DNA from: the human T2T-CHM13v2.0 reference genome, Homo sapiens
DNA length: 64,000 nucleotides
Reading direction: 5' to 3' (one strand)
Assembly (NCBI RefSeq): GCF_009914755.1
Contig: NC_060926.1
Shown here: positions 1 to 14,859 of the stretch, in pieces
Layout of the letters: each line of letters starts with the position of its first letter
Numbering within the stretch: the stretch's first letter is position 1
The notes under the pieces: model-generated
Databases searched by the model: none
Told to the model about the DNA's origin: nothing
Seen by the model: only the letters and a program-made list of their open reading frames with translations
Translations under genes and position numbers: made by a program

Positions 1-1404
1 AATAAAAATACATAATTAGCCATGAATTCAAGACTTCAGAGCTTTCAAAATAGCCACACTAACCAGTTCATAATTTTGCATGTTTAGATCTGGCTAAAAG
101 AATATTTTTGGCAATATACAATAAGTCACAATTCTCTGAAATACAAATTTGCCATGAAAATCTAATAAAAATGAGAGAGAAAATTTGTTCTCTTAAATCT
201 TATATTACTTCCATTGAATACACACCTAACATAGTAGAACACAATTTCAGTAGTGATTTTGGGGTTACAATTTTCACATGTAATTCCTTCTGCAGGTAAA
301 TAAAAATATAAACCCAGAACAGTAAAAATAACATAAGGTAACAGTAAAAGCCTACCAAGGCTTTTGTTTAGGTAAACATTTATCTTAACACTGGAGCTTC
401 GGAATCCTGAGAAGACCCTTGGGATAAAGTGACAGACACAGGTTTGATTCTTCCTGGTATTTCAAACAATGCCCCCATAACCTAAGGACAATTTTTTGAG
501 GATAAATGACTGGCTAGGAGCACCAATGTCCTCAGGCCTTGCTTGGGGCCTGTAATCTCACCTAATCATTATTCACTATCCCCCAGAAAAGCCTCAAGCT
601 AAAATTGTGATTGCTATTTAGAACTAAACTTGCAAATTCATTTTTGAACATCCGTTCTTCTGCCCTCATGACTTCATTTTTTGTTTAATTCATGTGCACC
701 ATTACATAGCAGCTGCACTAAGCATTAAAACCTACAGCAACAGTCAATGTGTTCTGAGTGCTGGCCTTCTTTATTCATTTATAAAAAGATATTCTGATAA
801 CAAAAATGCCTAAGGATTACATTGCATAATTCATGCAACTGGATATCTAGTCATTAAAGGGGATAGGAAATGCAGTGATAGTGGGCAATAGTTCAGTAAA
901 CTCAGAATTTTGCAATACAGTTTTTATAAGCCAGCTTTTACTGGAAAAATCAAAATAATTTTTATAAGTGCAAAAATAAGTTTAGAATGCAATGGTCTCT
1001 GAAAACCAGGGGATAAGCTAGAGTAAAATCAGGCTACAAATTTCCTTAATGAGACCTTTCAGTTTTTCTTGCATGGGATGTAAAATATATTATTTCTTAG
1101 CATCTATCCTGCTAAAACTTCCCATTTTTGCTTTGTTTCTAGGATTGAGCATTGCAGTCCTTTCCCTGTTCTTCCAGTAACTGTCTGCTTCAGTTGATAG
1201 TGAGACACAATTTCTTACTGATTATCATATTTAAGTCTCTTTTATCTCTTTTTATATGCAATGCTATTCTTTTTCTAGTTGAGGCTGACTTTGTTCTTTC
1301 CTCATTGAATAAGAACCACAACTGACAATATTGTGAACTCTTACTGCCATTAGTTATTATGCAATATTTTCCAATTTCCTATGATGAGCTATTACATTCA
1401 CTAG

Positions 1405-1532
1405 CAAACCTTAACAGAAGACCTCAAGGTATTGCTTTCTTTTAGTTTTTAATACCTTAAAAACTAATCAGATATTCATCACATATAATAACACATGAAA
1501 TTTTGTATTCTATTTAATCCAAGGACTTTTTT
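1405..1532 (+). repeat. Local diverged direct duplication, copy 1 (copy 2 at 3207-3332)
   Basis: caaacc..cagaagacc..aaggtattgc..taaaaactaatcagatatt(c/g)atcacatataata..ccaagga aligns colinearly with 3207-3332, roughly 80% identity by eye. Confidence 0.85.
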
Positions 1533-1534
1533 TC

Positions 1535-2010
1535 ATTTCAAATATACAATTTAATATTTTTTACAATTTGGGGTTGTGCACCCATCGTCACAGTTAATTT
1601 CAGAGCATTTTCATCACTCCAAAAAGAAATCCTATAAACACTGGTATTCACTTTTTCCACAAATCCCCCAGTCCCAGGCAGGCAACCACTAATCTACTGC
1701 CTCTGTGGATTTGCCTGCTCTAGACATTTCAGATAAATGTGATCATAAAATATGTGGCCTTTTGTGACCGGCTTGATTTACTTAATATAATAATTTTAAG
1801 GTTCATCCATACTGTACAGGAATCAGTACATCATCTCTTTTTATTGCTAAATAATATTCCATTGTATGTACATACCATATTTTATTTATGCATTCATCAG
1901 CTGATGGACATTTGGGTTGTTTCCACTTTTTGGCTACTATAAGTAATGCTGCTGCACACACTTGTGTACAAATATTAGTGTATTTATATATTTTTATTTC
2001 TCTATGAGTA
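1535..2010 (-). mobile_element. L1MB-type LINE-1 3' fragment
   Basis: Reverse 3'UTR motifs ggcaaccactaatctac, gatttgcctgctctagacatttc, gatggacatttgggttgtttccactttttggct. Confidence 0.75.
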
Positions 2011-2679
2011 GAACTGATGAGTCATCAATCTGGTAAGTTCTTAAGGAATAACGTTGTAGGAATAGACAAAAGATAAATATTCCTGATGTCTGAAACCCTT
2101 TCAAGTAAAAGCACCTGGACCCTAATCCCACACTTGCTGCCAATATGTGTTTTCCTTCTCAGTGAAGAGTGCCTCCCAAGGTTCTGCTATGTAAGAATTG
2201 GGGTGTTTATTGCTGCTTCTCTCTACCCTTCATGTCCTTCATGTCAGATAACAGATGATCCTGGCATTGAAGTCTAAAAGTATAATCTCTGACTCTTGGT
2301 TCTGCAACCTATGTGTTTAGTGTAGAGATCCTCTCTGCCCTTTGTACCCTGTCTGGCTTCCTTTTGAGGTTGTCGTTGGATACTGGCAGGTTTGGTATCC
2401 ACAGAAATGAGAGGAGCTTGGGTAACTTTTGGAGTCAAACCCTAATGAGTGGGACCTTAAAAAGATTTGTGTATCTTTGCTTGACTAGTTCTCAGTTTTC
2501 TTGCTCTTCCAAAGCAGAGGAAGGCTCTGGACAAAGTAGCTTTGTTATAAAAGTAGCTTGATAAAGCCATCTCCCTCTCCATGTATCTCTCCTCCTTTGC
2601 TTGAAGGCCTGAATTACCATCACCCCACCTCCTTGCCACCAATGGAGAACAATTCATATTTTTATAATACGTACCAGCT

Positions 2680-3119
2680 TTTTTTCCAAATTAAACTTTT
2701 TATTTTGAAATAATTATATATTCACATGCAGTTGCAGAAAATAATACAGACATATGGTGTACTCTTTACCCAATTTCCCCCAATGGTAGTATCTGTCAAA
2801 TTATAGTACAATATAACAAACAAGTTAGTGACATTGATACAGCCAAGATAAAGAACATTTCCATCACCACAAGGGTCCCTCATGTTGCTCTTTTATACCA
2901 CACCCATTTCCCTTCCCTCACCACCTGTTTCTTAACTCCTCACAACTCATTAATCTATTCTCCATTCCTATAATGTCATTTGAAAAAATATTTTATGAGT
3001 AGAATCACATGGTATATAAACTTTGGGGATTGACTATTTTCACTCAGCATAATTTTCTGGAGATTCATGCAGGTTACTGAGTGTATCAGTAGTTTGTTCC
3101 TTTTTATTGCTTAGTAGTG
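2680..3119 (-). mobile_element. L1MC1/2-type LINE-1 3' fragment
   Basis: ttttattttgaaataatt...tttacccaatttcccccaatggta...ttcactcagcataattttctggagattcat motifs. Confidence 0.75.
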
Positions 3120-3206
3120 CAGGCTAAGTATACCTCTTATGGAATGCTTGGAACCAAAAGTGTTTCAGATTTCAGATTTTTGGAAGTTTTGGAATATTTG
3201 CATTAT
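3120..3206 (+). mobile_element. Tigger4a/MER46A DNA transposon, truncated
   Basis: caggctaagtat...aatgcttggaaccaaaagtgtttcagatttc...ttttggaatatttgcattat matches the MER46A left end and the reverse of the copy at 24323-24523. Confidence 0.75.
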
Positions 3207-3332
3207 CAAACCCTGCAGAAGACCCTAATAAGGTATTGCCTTCTTTTGAAGTGATAACATAAAAACTAATCAGATATTGATCACATATAATAGCATGTAA
3301 AATTTTATATTCTATCTACCCAAGGATTTTTT
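3207..3332 (+). repeat. Local diverged direct duplication, copy 2 (of 1405-1532)
   Basis: Direct alignment to 1405-1532. Confidence 0.85.
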
Positions 3333-3976
3333 GAGAAATCAAAACTGTCATGTTTCTGGAGAAAGCATATGTAAAATTTTACTCAAAAGACTTGGGAAAT
3401 TCCATGATACTATTCACAATTTAGTACAATATCTCCTGAGGATAGAGAAATAAAATTTATATACTGATGGAGAGAAGAGCTATAGTTTCCAATAAAATAT
3501 TACTTTAGTAAAAAAGGGCACTGAGGGTTTTTGTGTACGTTAAAGGTTCTGCTTTTAACATGAGAGATAAAAAAACACTTTTGTGTCACAAGTATTTAGT
3601 ATAATTAAATTTTTATAGAGGTTGTATTTGGGATTCTGACCTTTATCCTAAGAGTGATGGAAAACCTCTGAAGGGTGTATATGTGAGCAGATGTTTGTGT
3701 TTAAATCAGATTAAAACATGCGCATGGTTAAAATAAATGGTCCTTTGGCCCAAATTTTCCCATGTAAGCCTCGCTTCTCTTTCCACTTTTCCTTTGATAC
3801 GTATCTCTATTTTTTCAGGTAAAAGTAATTTGCTTCCACTTGAAAATTTTTGTTAATCATTTTTTAGACATCATATATTAACAACACGCACACAAACACA
3901 TAAAGGAAGCATTATATACTCACTCACCCAACCCTACCTCCACCTTTCCTGTCTCTATCATTCAGCATTTAGTTTG

Positions 3977-4377
<401 letters not shown>

Positions 4378-4489
4378 TGAGGATATTAGTACACCCACCT
4401 TCTCCTTCAACTCTTCTTCTTCCTGATTTCATTATCAGGTCTTTCATTTTTGCATTTCTAAAATTAATGCCAGTTACATCTTTTAAAAA

Positions 4490-6522
4490 AATTTTTTTAT
4501 TTTACTTTAAGTTCTGGAATACATGTGCAGAACATGCAGGTATGCTACATAGGTATACATGTGCCATGGTGGTTTGCTGCACCTATCAACCCATCATCTA
4601 GGTTTTAAGCCCTGCATGCATTAGATAATTGTCCTAATGCTCTCCCTCCCCTTGCCCTCCACCCCCCACCAACAGGCCCCAGTGTGTGATGTTCCCCTCC
4701 CTGTGTCCATGTGTTCTCATTGTTCAACTCACACTTATGAGTGAGAACATGTGGTGTTTGGTCTTCTGTTCTTGTGTTAGTTTGCTGAGAATGATGGCTT
4801 CCAGCTTCATCCATGTCCCTGCAAAGGACATGAACTCATCATTTTTTATGGCTGCATAGTATTCCAGGGTGTATATTTGCCACATTTTCTTTATCCAGTC
4901 TATCACTGATGGACATTTGGGTTGGTTCCAGGTCTTTGCTATTGCGAATAGTGCTGCAATAAACATACATGTACATGTGTCTTTATAGTAGAATGATTTA
5001 TAATCCTTTGGGTGTATACCCAGTAATGGGATTGCTGGGTCAAATGGCATTTCCAATTCTAGCTCCTTGAGGAATCACCACACTGTCTTCCACAGTGGTT
5101 GAACTAATTTACACTCCCACCAACATGTAAAAGCATTCCTATTTCTCCACAGCCTCACCAGCATCTGTTGTTTCCCGAGTTTTTAATAATTGCCATTCTA
5201 ACTGGTGTGAGATGGTATCTCATTGTGATTTTGATTTGCATTTCTCTGTAAGCTTTTTTTCATACGTTTGTTGGCTGCATAAATGTCTTCTTTTGAGAAG
5301 TGTCTGTTCATATCCTTTGCTCACTTTTTGATGGACTTTTTCATAATTGCCATTCTAACTGGTGTGAGATGGTATATCATTGTGGTTTTGATTTGCATTT
5401 CTCTAATGACCAATGATGATGCGCATTTTTTCATATGTTTGTTGGCCATATAAATGTCTTCTTTTGAGAAGTGTCTGTTCATATCCTTTGCCCACTTTTT
5501 GATGGGGTTGTTTGTTTTTTTTCTTGTAAATTTTTTTAAGTTCCTTGTAGATGCTGGATATTAGACCTTTGTCAGATGGGTAGATTGCAAAAATTTTCTC
5601 CCATTCTGTAGGTTGTCTGTTCATTCTGATGATAGTTTCTTTTGCTATGCAGAAGCTCTTTACTTTAATTAGATCCCATTTGTCGATTTTGGCTTTTTTT
5701 TTTTTTTGCCATTGCTTTTGGTGTTTTAGTCATGAAGTCTTTGTCCCTGCCTATATCCTGAATGGTATTGCCCGGGTTTTCTTCTAGGGTTTTTATAGTT
5801 TTAGGTTTTACATTTAAGTCTTTAATTCATCTTGAGTTCATTTTTGTATAAGGTGTAAGGAAGGGATCCAGTTTCTGTTTTCTGCATATGGCTAGCCAGT
5901 TTTCCCAACAGCATTATTAAATAGGGGATCCTTTCCCCATTGCTTGTTTTTGCCAGTTTTGTCAAAGATCTGATGGTTGTAGATGTGTGATATTATTTCT
6001 GAGGTCTCTGTTCTGTTCCATTGGTCTATATATCTGTTTTGGTACCAGTACCATGCTGTTTTCATTACTGTAGCCTTGTAATATAGTTTGAAGTCCAGTA
6101 GTGTGATGCCTCCAGCTTTGTTGTTTTTGCTAAGGATTGTCTTGGCTATACAGGCTCTTTTTACATTTCATATGAAATTTAAAGTAGTTTTTTCTAATTC
6201 TGTGAAGAAAGTCAATGGTAGCTTGGTGGGAATAACATTTGAATAGTATTGAATCTATAAAGTACTTTGCAATAGCATTGAATCTATAAAGTACTTTGGG
6301 CAGTATGGCCATTTTCACAATATTGGTTTTTCCTATCTATGAGTATGGAATGTTTTTCCATTTGTTTGTGTCCTCTCTCACTTTCTTGAGCAGTGGTTTG
6401 TAGTTCTACTTGAAGAGGTCCTTAACATCCCTTGTAAGTTGTATTCCTAAGTATTTTATTCTCTTTGTAGCAATTGTGAATTAGAGTTTGCTCATGATTT
6501 GGCTCTTTGCTTGTCTGTTATT
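4490..6522 (-). mobile_element. 5'-truncated L1PA8-like LINE-1 with internal tandem duplications
   Basis: 3'UTR ggttttaagccctgcatgcattag; ORF2 C-terminal fragments ([23 protein letters not shown]) in minus-strand ORFs. Confidence 0.92.
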
Positions 6523-6669
6523 ATTATTTTGCAACCATAATTAACCATGTACATTATTGTGTGAAAAGGGCTTTTGCATTTGGTGTTCCCTCTACCTGCA
6601 ACATAAATTCACTGAGATGACAATTTAATCCCTCTTTTTCTTAAATTCTTGACGATAATGGCAGCTGAT

Positions 6670-6975
6670 CAGTAGGGCCTCCCTTGCCATACTTATTTTA
6701 AATAGCAACTTCCCATGCCTGGAATTTTTGCTCTGGTTTCCTTATTTTTTTTCTTCATAGCTCACGTTGTTAATACACATTATATATTTTAATTTTCTTA
6801 ATTTTTAAAACTACTGTCACTCTCCCCCACTGGACTGTAAGCTTCAAGAAGGGAGAGAATCTGTTCTAACTAATTTAATCCATTTTTTAATTCATTACTT
6901 TCCCCATCATTACTGTATTCCTAGTAGCTAAAACAATGCTATATAACCAGCTGACACTAAATAAGTATTAATTTA
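6670..6975 (+). mobile_element. L2 LINE 3' fragment
   Basis: tctcccccactggactgtaagcttcaagaaggg...actgtattcctagtagctaaaacaatgct resembles the L2a 3' end. Confidence 0.6.
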
Positions 6976-7299
6976 ATTAGTGATTAATTACAGTGCCAAG
7001 TATTCTTCTTTGGTTATATTTTCTTAAGCAATTTTTCCGTTTTCTTAGAATTTCTAATTCCCTTTTGTTTTTCTTGTATCATTTTTCTTTATGATATTCC
7101 CAGTTCTTTCCAACTCTCCATTATATAAAACATTCTGGTGTATCTCTTTCCTTTTCTTCCCCCTTTTCCTTGGGAACTGCTCTTCCAGAGTCTTGACATC
7201 CTCTGGCTGCACAACTGTCATCCTGAGACTCCCCTTTCCTGATCTTCTGGATGGTGCTATTTCAACCCACATTTTTTCTCTTTTCTTTTCTTTTCTTTT

Positions 7300-8240
7300 T
7301 TTTTAATTCTGCTGTGATGAAGCGTATCCCTTAGCAACTCCTAAGAACAAGTATATGGATAATCAATTTTTTAAATTTTTATGTTTGAATTTTTTCTTAT
7401 TTTATACTCACAAGTTATCCAGGTTCTAACATTAGAAGATGCAAGCCTAGGGGCAGAGCCTTACAGGTCTGGGGGAAAGGAGAGAAGTAGTGAGTGTATG
7501 CATCCACATTAGAAAAGGAGAAAACACATTTAAAAGGTGCTATTTTTGGCCACCTACTCTACATGAGACACTGTTTAAAATTGACATTTTGTACCACTTT
7601 CCTAACTGTTTTTTATAATAGTCTTCACAATTCATCATGTTGAAAGTTATAGAAAAGGCACACCTTTAAAGACTGTGGTGAGGAGAAGCAATTACTATCC
7701 ATTTTAATTGCTTGCCATCTTAATTCTAGTTTATCTGGGACTCTAGATTACAAATCTTCCCTCTGAATTTGGAAGGTGATGCTCCACTCTCTTCAGACAT
7801 TCATTTTTGTCCTTTGTAGGTCATCTGCTTTTTTCTTCTGGCTTTTAGGATTTACTCTTTTTTTTTTTCTTGGTATTTTGCAATTCCTGATATGTCTAGG
7901 TGTAGGCCTTTTAAAATTCATGTTGTACTTGAATTTTAAGTGGGTACTCTCTTCTGAGGAGTTGTGTCCTTCATATCTAGAAAATTATCTTGCATTATTT
8001 TCTTATAATTCTCCCCCAACCCACCTTTTTTTTCTTGTTCTTTCCTTCTACAACTTTTATTATTCTATGATGGTCCACATGGGCTGGCCATTTGAAGTCT
8101 GTTCTTTTGCATGATACTTTGTTTCATTTTTAATCTACCTACTGGGAAAGCTCTCAACTCTTAAAACAAAAATTCATGGGAGGGTTGAAATATAAAATTA
8201 TGTTTTTATTTTCTAAAAGTCTTTCGTATTCTCTGTGGTC
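7300..8240 (-). mobile_element. Degenerate old L1M (L1ME-like) fragments
   Basis: T-rich, with weak similarity to reverse L1M ORF1-region motifs; boundaries uncertain. Confidence 0.35.
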
Positions 8241-8885
8241 TCTGTGTGTCATTGTTCGTTATACAAATATTCAGTAAATCTCCCCATTTTCAGCCCTATT
8301 TCTCCCTGCTGTCCTCTTACCAGGCATCTCAGAGCCCCTGAACCTCCCTGTGTATCTACAGATCAATGGGTCTTGTCTACTCTAGGCTGAGGTTTCCTGT
8401 GCCCACTTCAGCAGTTCTAATCTGTTTTCCTGCTCACATTAATATATTGAAATCTCACATCTGTTAATGGCCCATCCTCCACCTATTGTGGTGTTACTTA
8501 TTTTTTATTTCTGTATTGTCATTTTACTGGGTCTTAAAAGAAGTAAAAACATGCGTGGTCTACCTGGTATCTTTAACTAGAAGTCATTGAAAGTTTGTAG
8601 GCAAAAAAAATGGCCAGAGGAAATGCCATTTTACAAAGATCACTCCTGATAAAGCTTGAGTTATAGCAGCATAAACTAGCAGATGAGGTTACTCTGCATG
8701 TAATTATGTGATGCTTATAACACAGCCCAAGATATAGGTAATAGGGCTACTTATTAAAATAATATAGGAGGGATATAATTAGTATATTCTTACATATAAA
8801 GAAATAAGTGGATTAATATTTAAAGGAATGCAACCACCTAGGAACAAGTTAAATACAATACTTTCTCCTATTATAAAGCAAAATA

Positions 8886-9197
8886 GGCTGGGTGCAGTGG
8901 CTCACGCCTGTAAGTGCTCACACAGCACTTTGGGAGGCCAAGGCAAGTGGATCACTTGAGCTGTGAAATTCCAGACCAGCCTGGGCAACAGGTGAAACCC
9001 CCACTAAAAATACAAAAAAAAAAAAAAAAAAAGCTGGGTGTGGTGGTACACGCATGTGGTCTCAGCTACTCAGGAGGCTGAGGAGCGGATCGCTTGAGGT
9101 GGGGGTTGGGGATGGGTGGATGAAGGCTGCAGTGAGCGGCATGCCACTGCACTCCAGCCTGGGTGACAAGAGTGAGAACCTGTCTTAAAAAAATTAA
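8886..9197 (+). mobile_element. AluJ SINE
   Basis: ggctgggtgcagtggctcacgcctgtaa...gatcacttgag...ccactgcactccagcctgggtgac; flanked by caaaata on both sides. Confidence 0.9.
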
Positions 9198-9374
9198 AAG
9201 ACAAAATATAATTTATTCTCCAGGGCAAAATTGAAGTGACTCTTTTCAGAAATAATCTAATCTCTACCTACTCTACCAGTGCTTTCTATCACTTGATTTC
9301 AATGTTATTTTGCATAGAGTAGCAGTAAGTTAGCTTTATACCAGCCTTGGACTTCTAGAAATTTATAGTCTTTT

Positions 9375-9693
<319 letters not shown>

Positions 9694-9694
9694 T

Positions 9695-9770
9695 CAGTTA
9701 ACAGCAATAAGGATCAAAATGCTATTTCATAGGGTGGTAATGATGAATAAAATGAGATAAAACATATCAT
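9695..9770 (+). mobile_element. MIR core fragment
   Basis: ctatttcatagggtggtaatgatgaataaaatgagataa resembles the MIR core. Confidence 0.45.
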
Positions 9771-11458
9771 GTTCATTTTTGCTCTTTCTTTGTGCTATAT
9801 ACCCATTTTTAAACCGCTTCTAGAATATCTCCATAACTATAGTAAATTCTCTAATATCAAAATCCTCCTACTATATGAAAATTTTGGTCCTTTAAAAGGA
9901 CACTATTGCCAAATAATGGAGTGTGATATGTGAAAAGCATTTTTCTTGCCTTCTTAAGTCTTAAGAAAGGCTTTGCAGTCTTAAGCAGCTCCTTTGTGTA
10001 CTCGATTGAAAGATCCTTGTAAGCTTTAGTGCCATTAAAAAAATACATTGTTTATAGCCAGTTCTATAGATCTTTTTGATAATAGGAATAAACTCTTTAT
10101 CAAAGCATGATCTCTATGAATCCTAGTCATTTAAATGTGGTTTTTCAATGTTACCCATTTTAATTGTTGTGCTGGCATATGTGACTGCTCTTTATGTATT
10201 GCTTTTCAAATAGATTAAGAAAAATTCACTGAAAAAGTTGTTTTCATTTCTGTCTCCCTTTAAAAGAAGTATACATATATAAAAGTTATATGTGGTAGCA
10301 GTTTTATTATAGATTATTAGGGACTCTCATTTTGCTGAGACACATATTTACTTCCTGTCCTTCACATAAAAACTTGGAAAAAGGGCAAGAAGAAATTTTA
10401 AATCCATAACTGAATAAATTCACTAGATTTCAAGGAAAATAATAAAATTATAGCAAAGATCATTTCAGGTTTCAAATATCTGTAACTGTATATTATTATG
10501 GCTGAAAGAAATTGCAAATGCAGTGTGCATTTTTCATAATCAAAATGTATTATAAACCCTCCATGTCTCTTTCATATAAATAAAAAGGATTATAATTTCA
10601 AATATCATTATTATCATATCTGTTTGCCTTTATTATAAGTGGAAGCTGTAGTTTCTGATTACCTCTAACTACTGCTGGATTTTTCCCTAAAGTGCATATA
10701 TTTTTTGGATTAACAACACATTTATTTTTAGTATATGTTCTTTTTACCTGCTTCTGACCATTCAGTGTGCACATACACACACACATCTCAGAGAATAGGA
10801 AAAACAAAAGACATTTTATTAAGTAAATAATACTCTGCAAAGGTTTTATTTGGTTTACATAATAGATGAGAAGTTCCTTTTTGGGGTACTGTCTTCTATT
10901 TTATGTAGGAATTATTTTTAAAACCATGATATCCTAGGATTTTTTAAAATGTATTTTGCATGTTATGATTTTCTGGTGGCTATACAGAAATCTTCCTGCT
11001 TTTTTTCCCCTATTCACAGTATTCAAAGTAGTCCATGTGACCTAGATATTGAAAATCTAGGTAGAGTGTGCTGCATTGCTGATATTTACTGTGAAACCTT
11101 AGAAACATTCTGGTACCACATGCTGGAATTACAGGGTGCACACTGTTTAATATTGCTGGTATTTTTGTGACAGTCTATATGATCATTTTTCTAAGCTGGC
11201 ATTAAAATTGTTGAAAAATATTCAAAAACAAATAAAAAATAATGTTTTTATATTTCAGTTAAAATGCACATATAATCAATGTTCATTTTAAAATTTTAGC
11301 TCAGACTAGGTAAGTTTTATTATGAGTTTTCCCACCATTATTTACCTTGTATTTAGAATTATCATAATCTGCTAACTATAAAAATCTTCCCTCCGCTCCC
11401 CTCCTCTCCTTCCATGTTTTTATTGAGAAGAAAAATAAGAAAAAAAGTGCTGGGTTGG

Positions 11459-11770
11459 GGCCAGGCGTGGTGGCTCATGCCTATAATGCCAACACGTTGG
11501 GAGGCCGAGGCAGCCGGATCACAAGGTCAGGGGTTCAAAACCAGCCAGCCTGGCCAACATTGTGAAACCCAATCTCTACTAAAAATACAAAAATTAGCCA
11601 GGTGAGGTGGCACATGCCTGTAATCCTAGCTACTGGGGAGGCTGAGGGAGGAGAATCTCTTGAACCCAGGAGGTGAAAGTTGCAGTGAGCCAAGATTGCA
11701 CAACTGCACTGCAGCCTGGGTGACAGAGTGAGACTCTGTCTCAAAAACACAAACAAAACAAAAAAAAAAA
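11459..11770 (+). mobile_element. AluS (Sg-like) SINE
   Basis: ggccaggcgtggtggctc...ggatcacaaggtcagg; full dimer with A tail. Confidence 0.92.
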
Positions 11771-13416
11771 CGTGTTGGATTTACAGATTTCTTTTCAGTA
11801 CATATTCTTCTGAACATCAGTTGGGACACTGACTCCCCTGTTTTATTAGTATTTCCAAACAGAAATCTGTTGCAGAGCCATTTTTAAAAGGTAGGGTATA
11901 TGTTGAATGACTGGCTTAACAATTTGTCCAATATTAACTAATGTAGCCTTTTGCAACATTGCCCAGGATCTAGGCTATGAAACAAGAAGGGCTCACATTA
12001 TCTATATAGTCAGAGAAATAGGAACTTAACAATAGTTATTTTTAAAGACACGTTGCCAATCCCACAGTTTGGACAACAATCACTAGATGTTAATAAGAGC
12101 ATCAAAATGGTGGTGGCTGCCAAGATGGCCAAATAGGAACAGCTCCGGTCTGCAGCTCCCAGCGAGATCAACGCAGAAGGCGGGTAATTTCTGTATTTCT
12201 AACTGAGGTACCCAGCTCATCTCATTGGAACTAGTTAGACAGTGAGTGCAGCCCTCCCGACTGGGGAAGCACAAGGGGTTGGGGAACTCCCTCCCCTAGC
12301 CAAGGGAAGACATGAGAGACTGTGCCATGCGGAACAGTGCACTCGGGCCCAGATACTACGCTTTTCCCATGGTCTTTGCAACTGCAGATCAGGAGATTCC
12401 CTCGGGTGCCTACACCACCAGGGCCCTGGGTTTCAAGCACAAAACTGGGTGGCCATTTGGGCAAACACCGAGCTAGCTGCCGGAGTTTTTTTCATACCCC
12501 AGTGGCCCCTGGAATGCCAGCAAGACAGAACCATTCACTCTCCTGGAAAGGGGGCTGAAGCCAGGGAGCCAAGTGGTCTAGCTCAGCGGATCCCAGCCCC
12601 ACAGAGCGCAGCAAGCTAAGATCCACTGGCTTGAAATTCTCAGGTCAGCACAGCAGCCTGAAGTGAACCTGAGATGGTGGAGCTTGGTGGGGGGAGGGGC
12701 ATCCACCATTACTGAGGCTTCAGTAGGCGATTTTCCCCTCACAGTGTAAACAAGGCCATCAGGAAGTCCGAACTGGGCGGAGATCACTGCAGCTCAGCAA
12801 AGCCACTGTAGCCAGACTGCCTCTCTAGATCCCTCCTCTGTTGGCAGGGCATCTCTAAAAGAAAGGCAGCATCCCCAGTCAGGGACATATACATAAAACT
12901 CCCATCTCCCTGGGACAGAGCACCAGGGGAAAGGAACAGCTGTGTGCACAGCTTCAGCCAACTTAAAGGTTCCTTCCTACTGGCTCTGAAGAGAGCAGTG
13001 CATCTCCCGGCACAATGCTCGAGCTCCGCTAACTGACAGACTACCTCTTCAAGTGGGTCCCTGACCCCCGTGCCTCCTGACTGGGAGACACTTCCCAGCA
13101 GGGGTCGACAGACACCTCACACAGGAGAACTCCAGCTGGCATCTAGTGGGTGCTACTCTGGGACAAAGATTCCAGAGGAAGGAATAGGCAGCAGTCTTTG
13201 CTGTTCTTCAGCCTTTGCTGGTGATACCCAGGCAAACAGGGTCTGGAGTGGACCTCCAGCAAACTCCAGCAGACCTGCAGCAAAGGGGCCTGACTGTTAC
13301 AAGGATAACTAGCAAACAGAAAGGAATAGCATCAACATCAACAAAAAGGAAGTCCATTCAGAGACCCCATCTGAAGGTCACCAACACAAAGACCAAAGGT
13401 AGATAAATCAATGAAG

Positions 13417-14796
<1,380 letters not shown>

Positions 14797-14859
14797 AGAC
14801 CATTGACATTATGAATAAACTGCATCAACTAACGGGCAAAATAACTAACTAGCATCATA

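Noticed and set aside
12110-13410. GC-richer block as a host promoter or CpG island with short ORFs
   Set aside because: It is the L1PA7 5'UTR with largely decayed CpGs.
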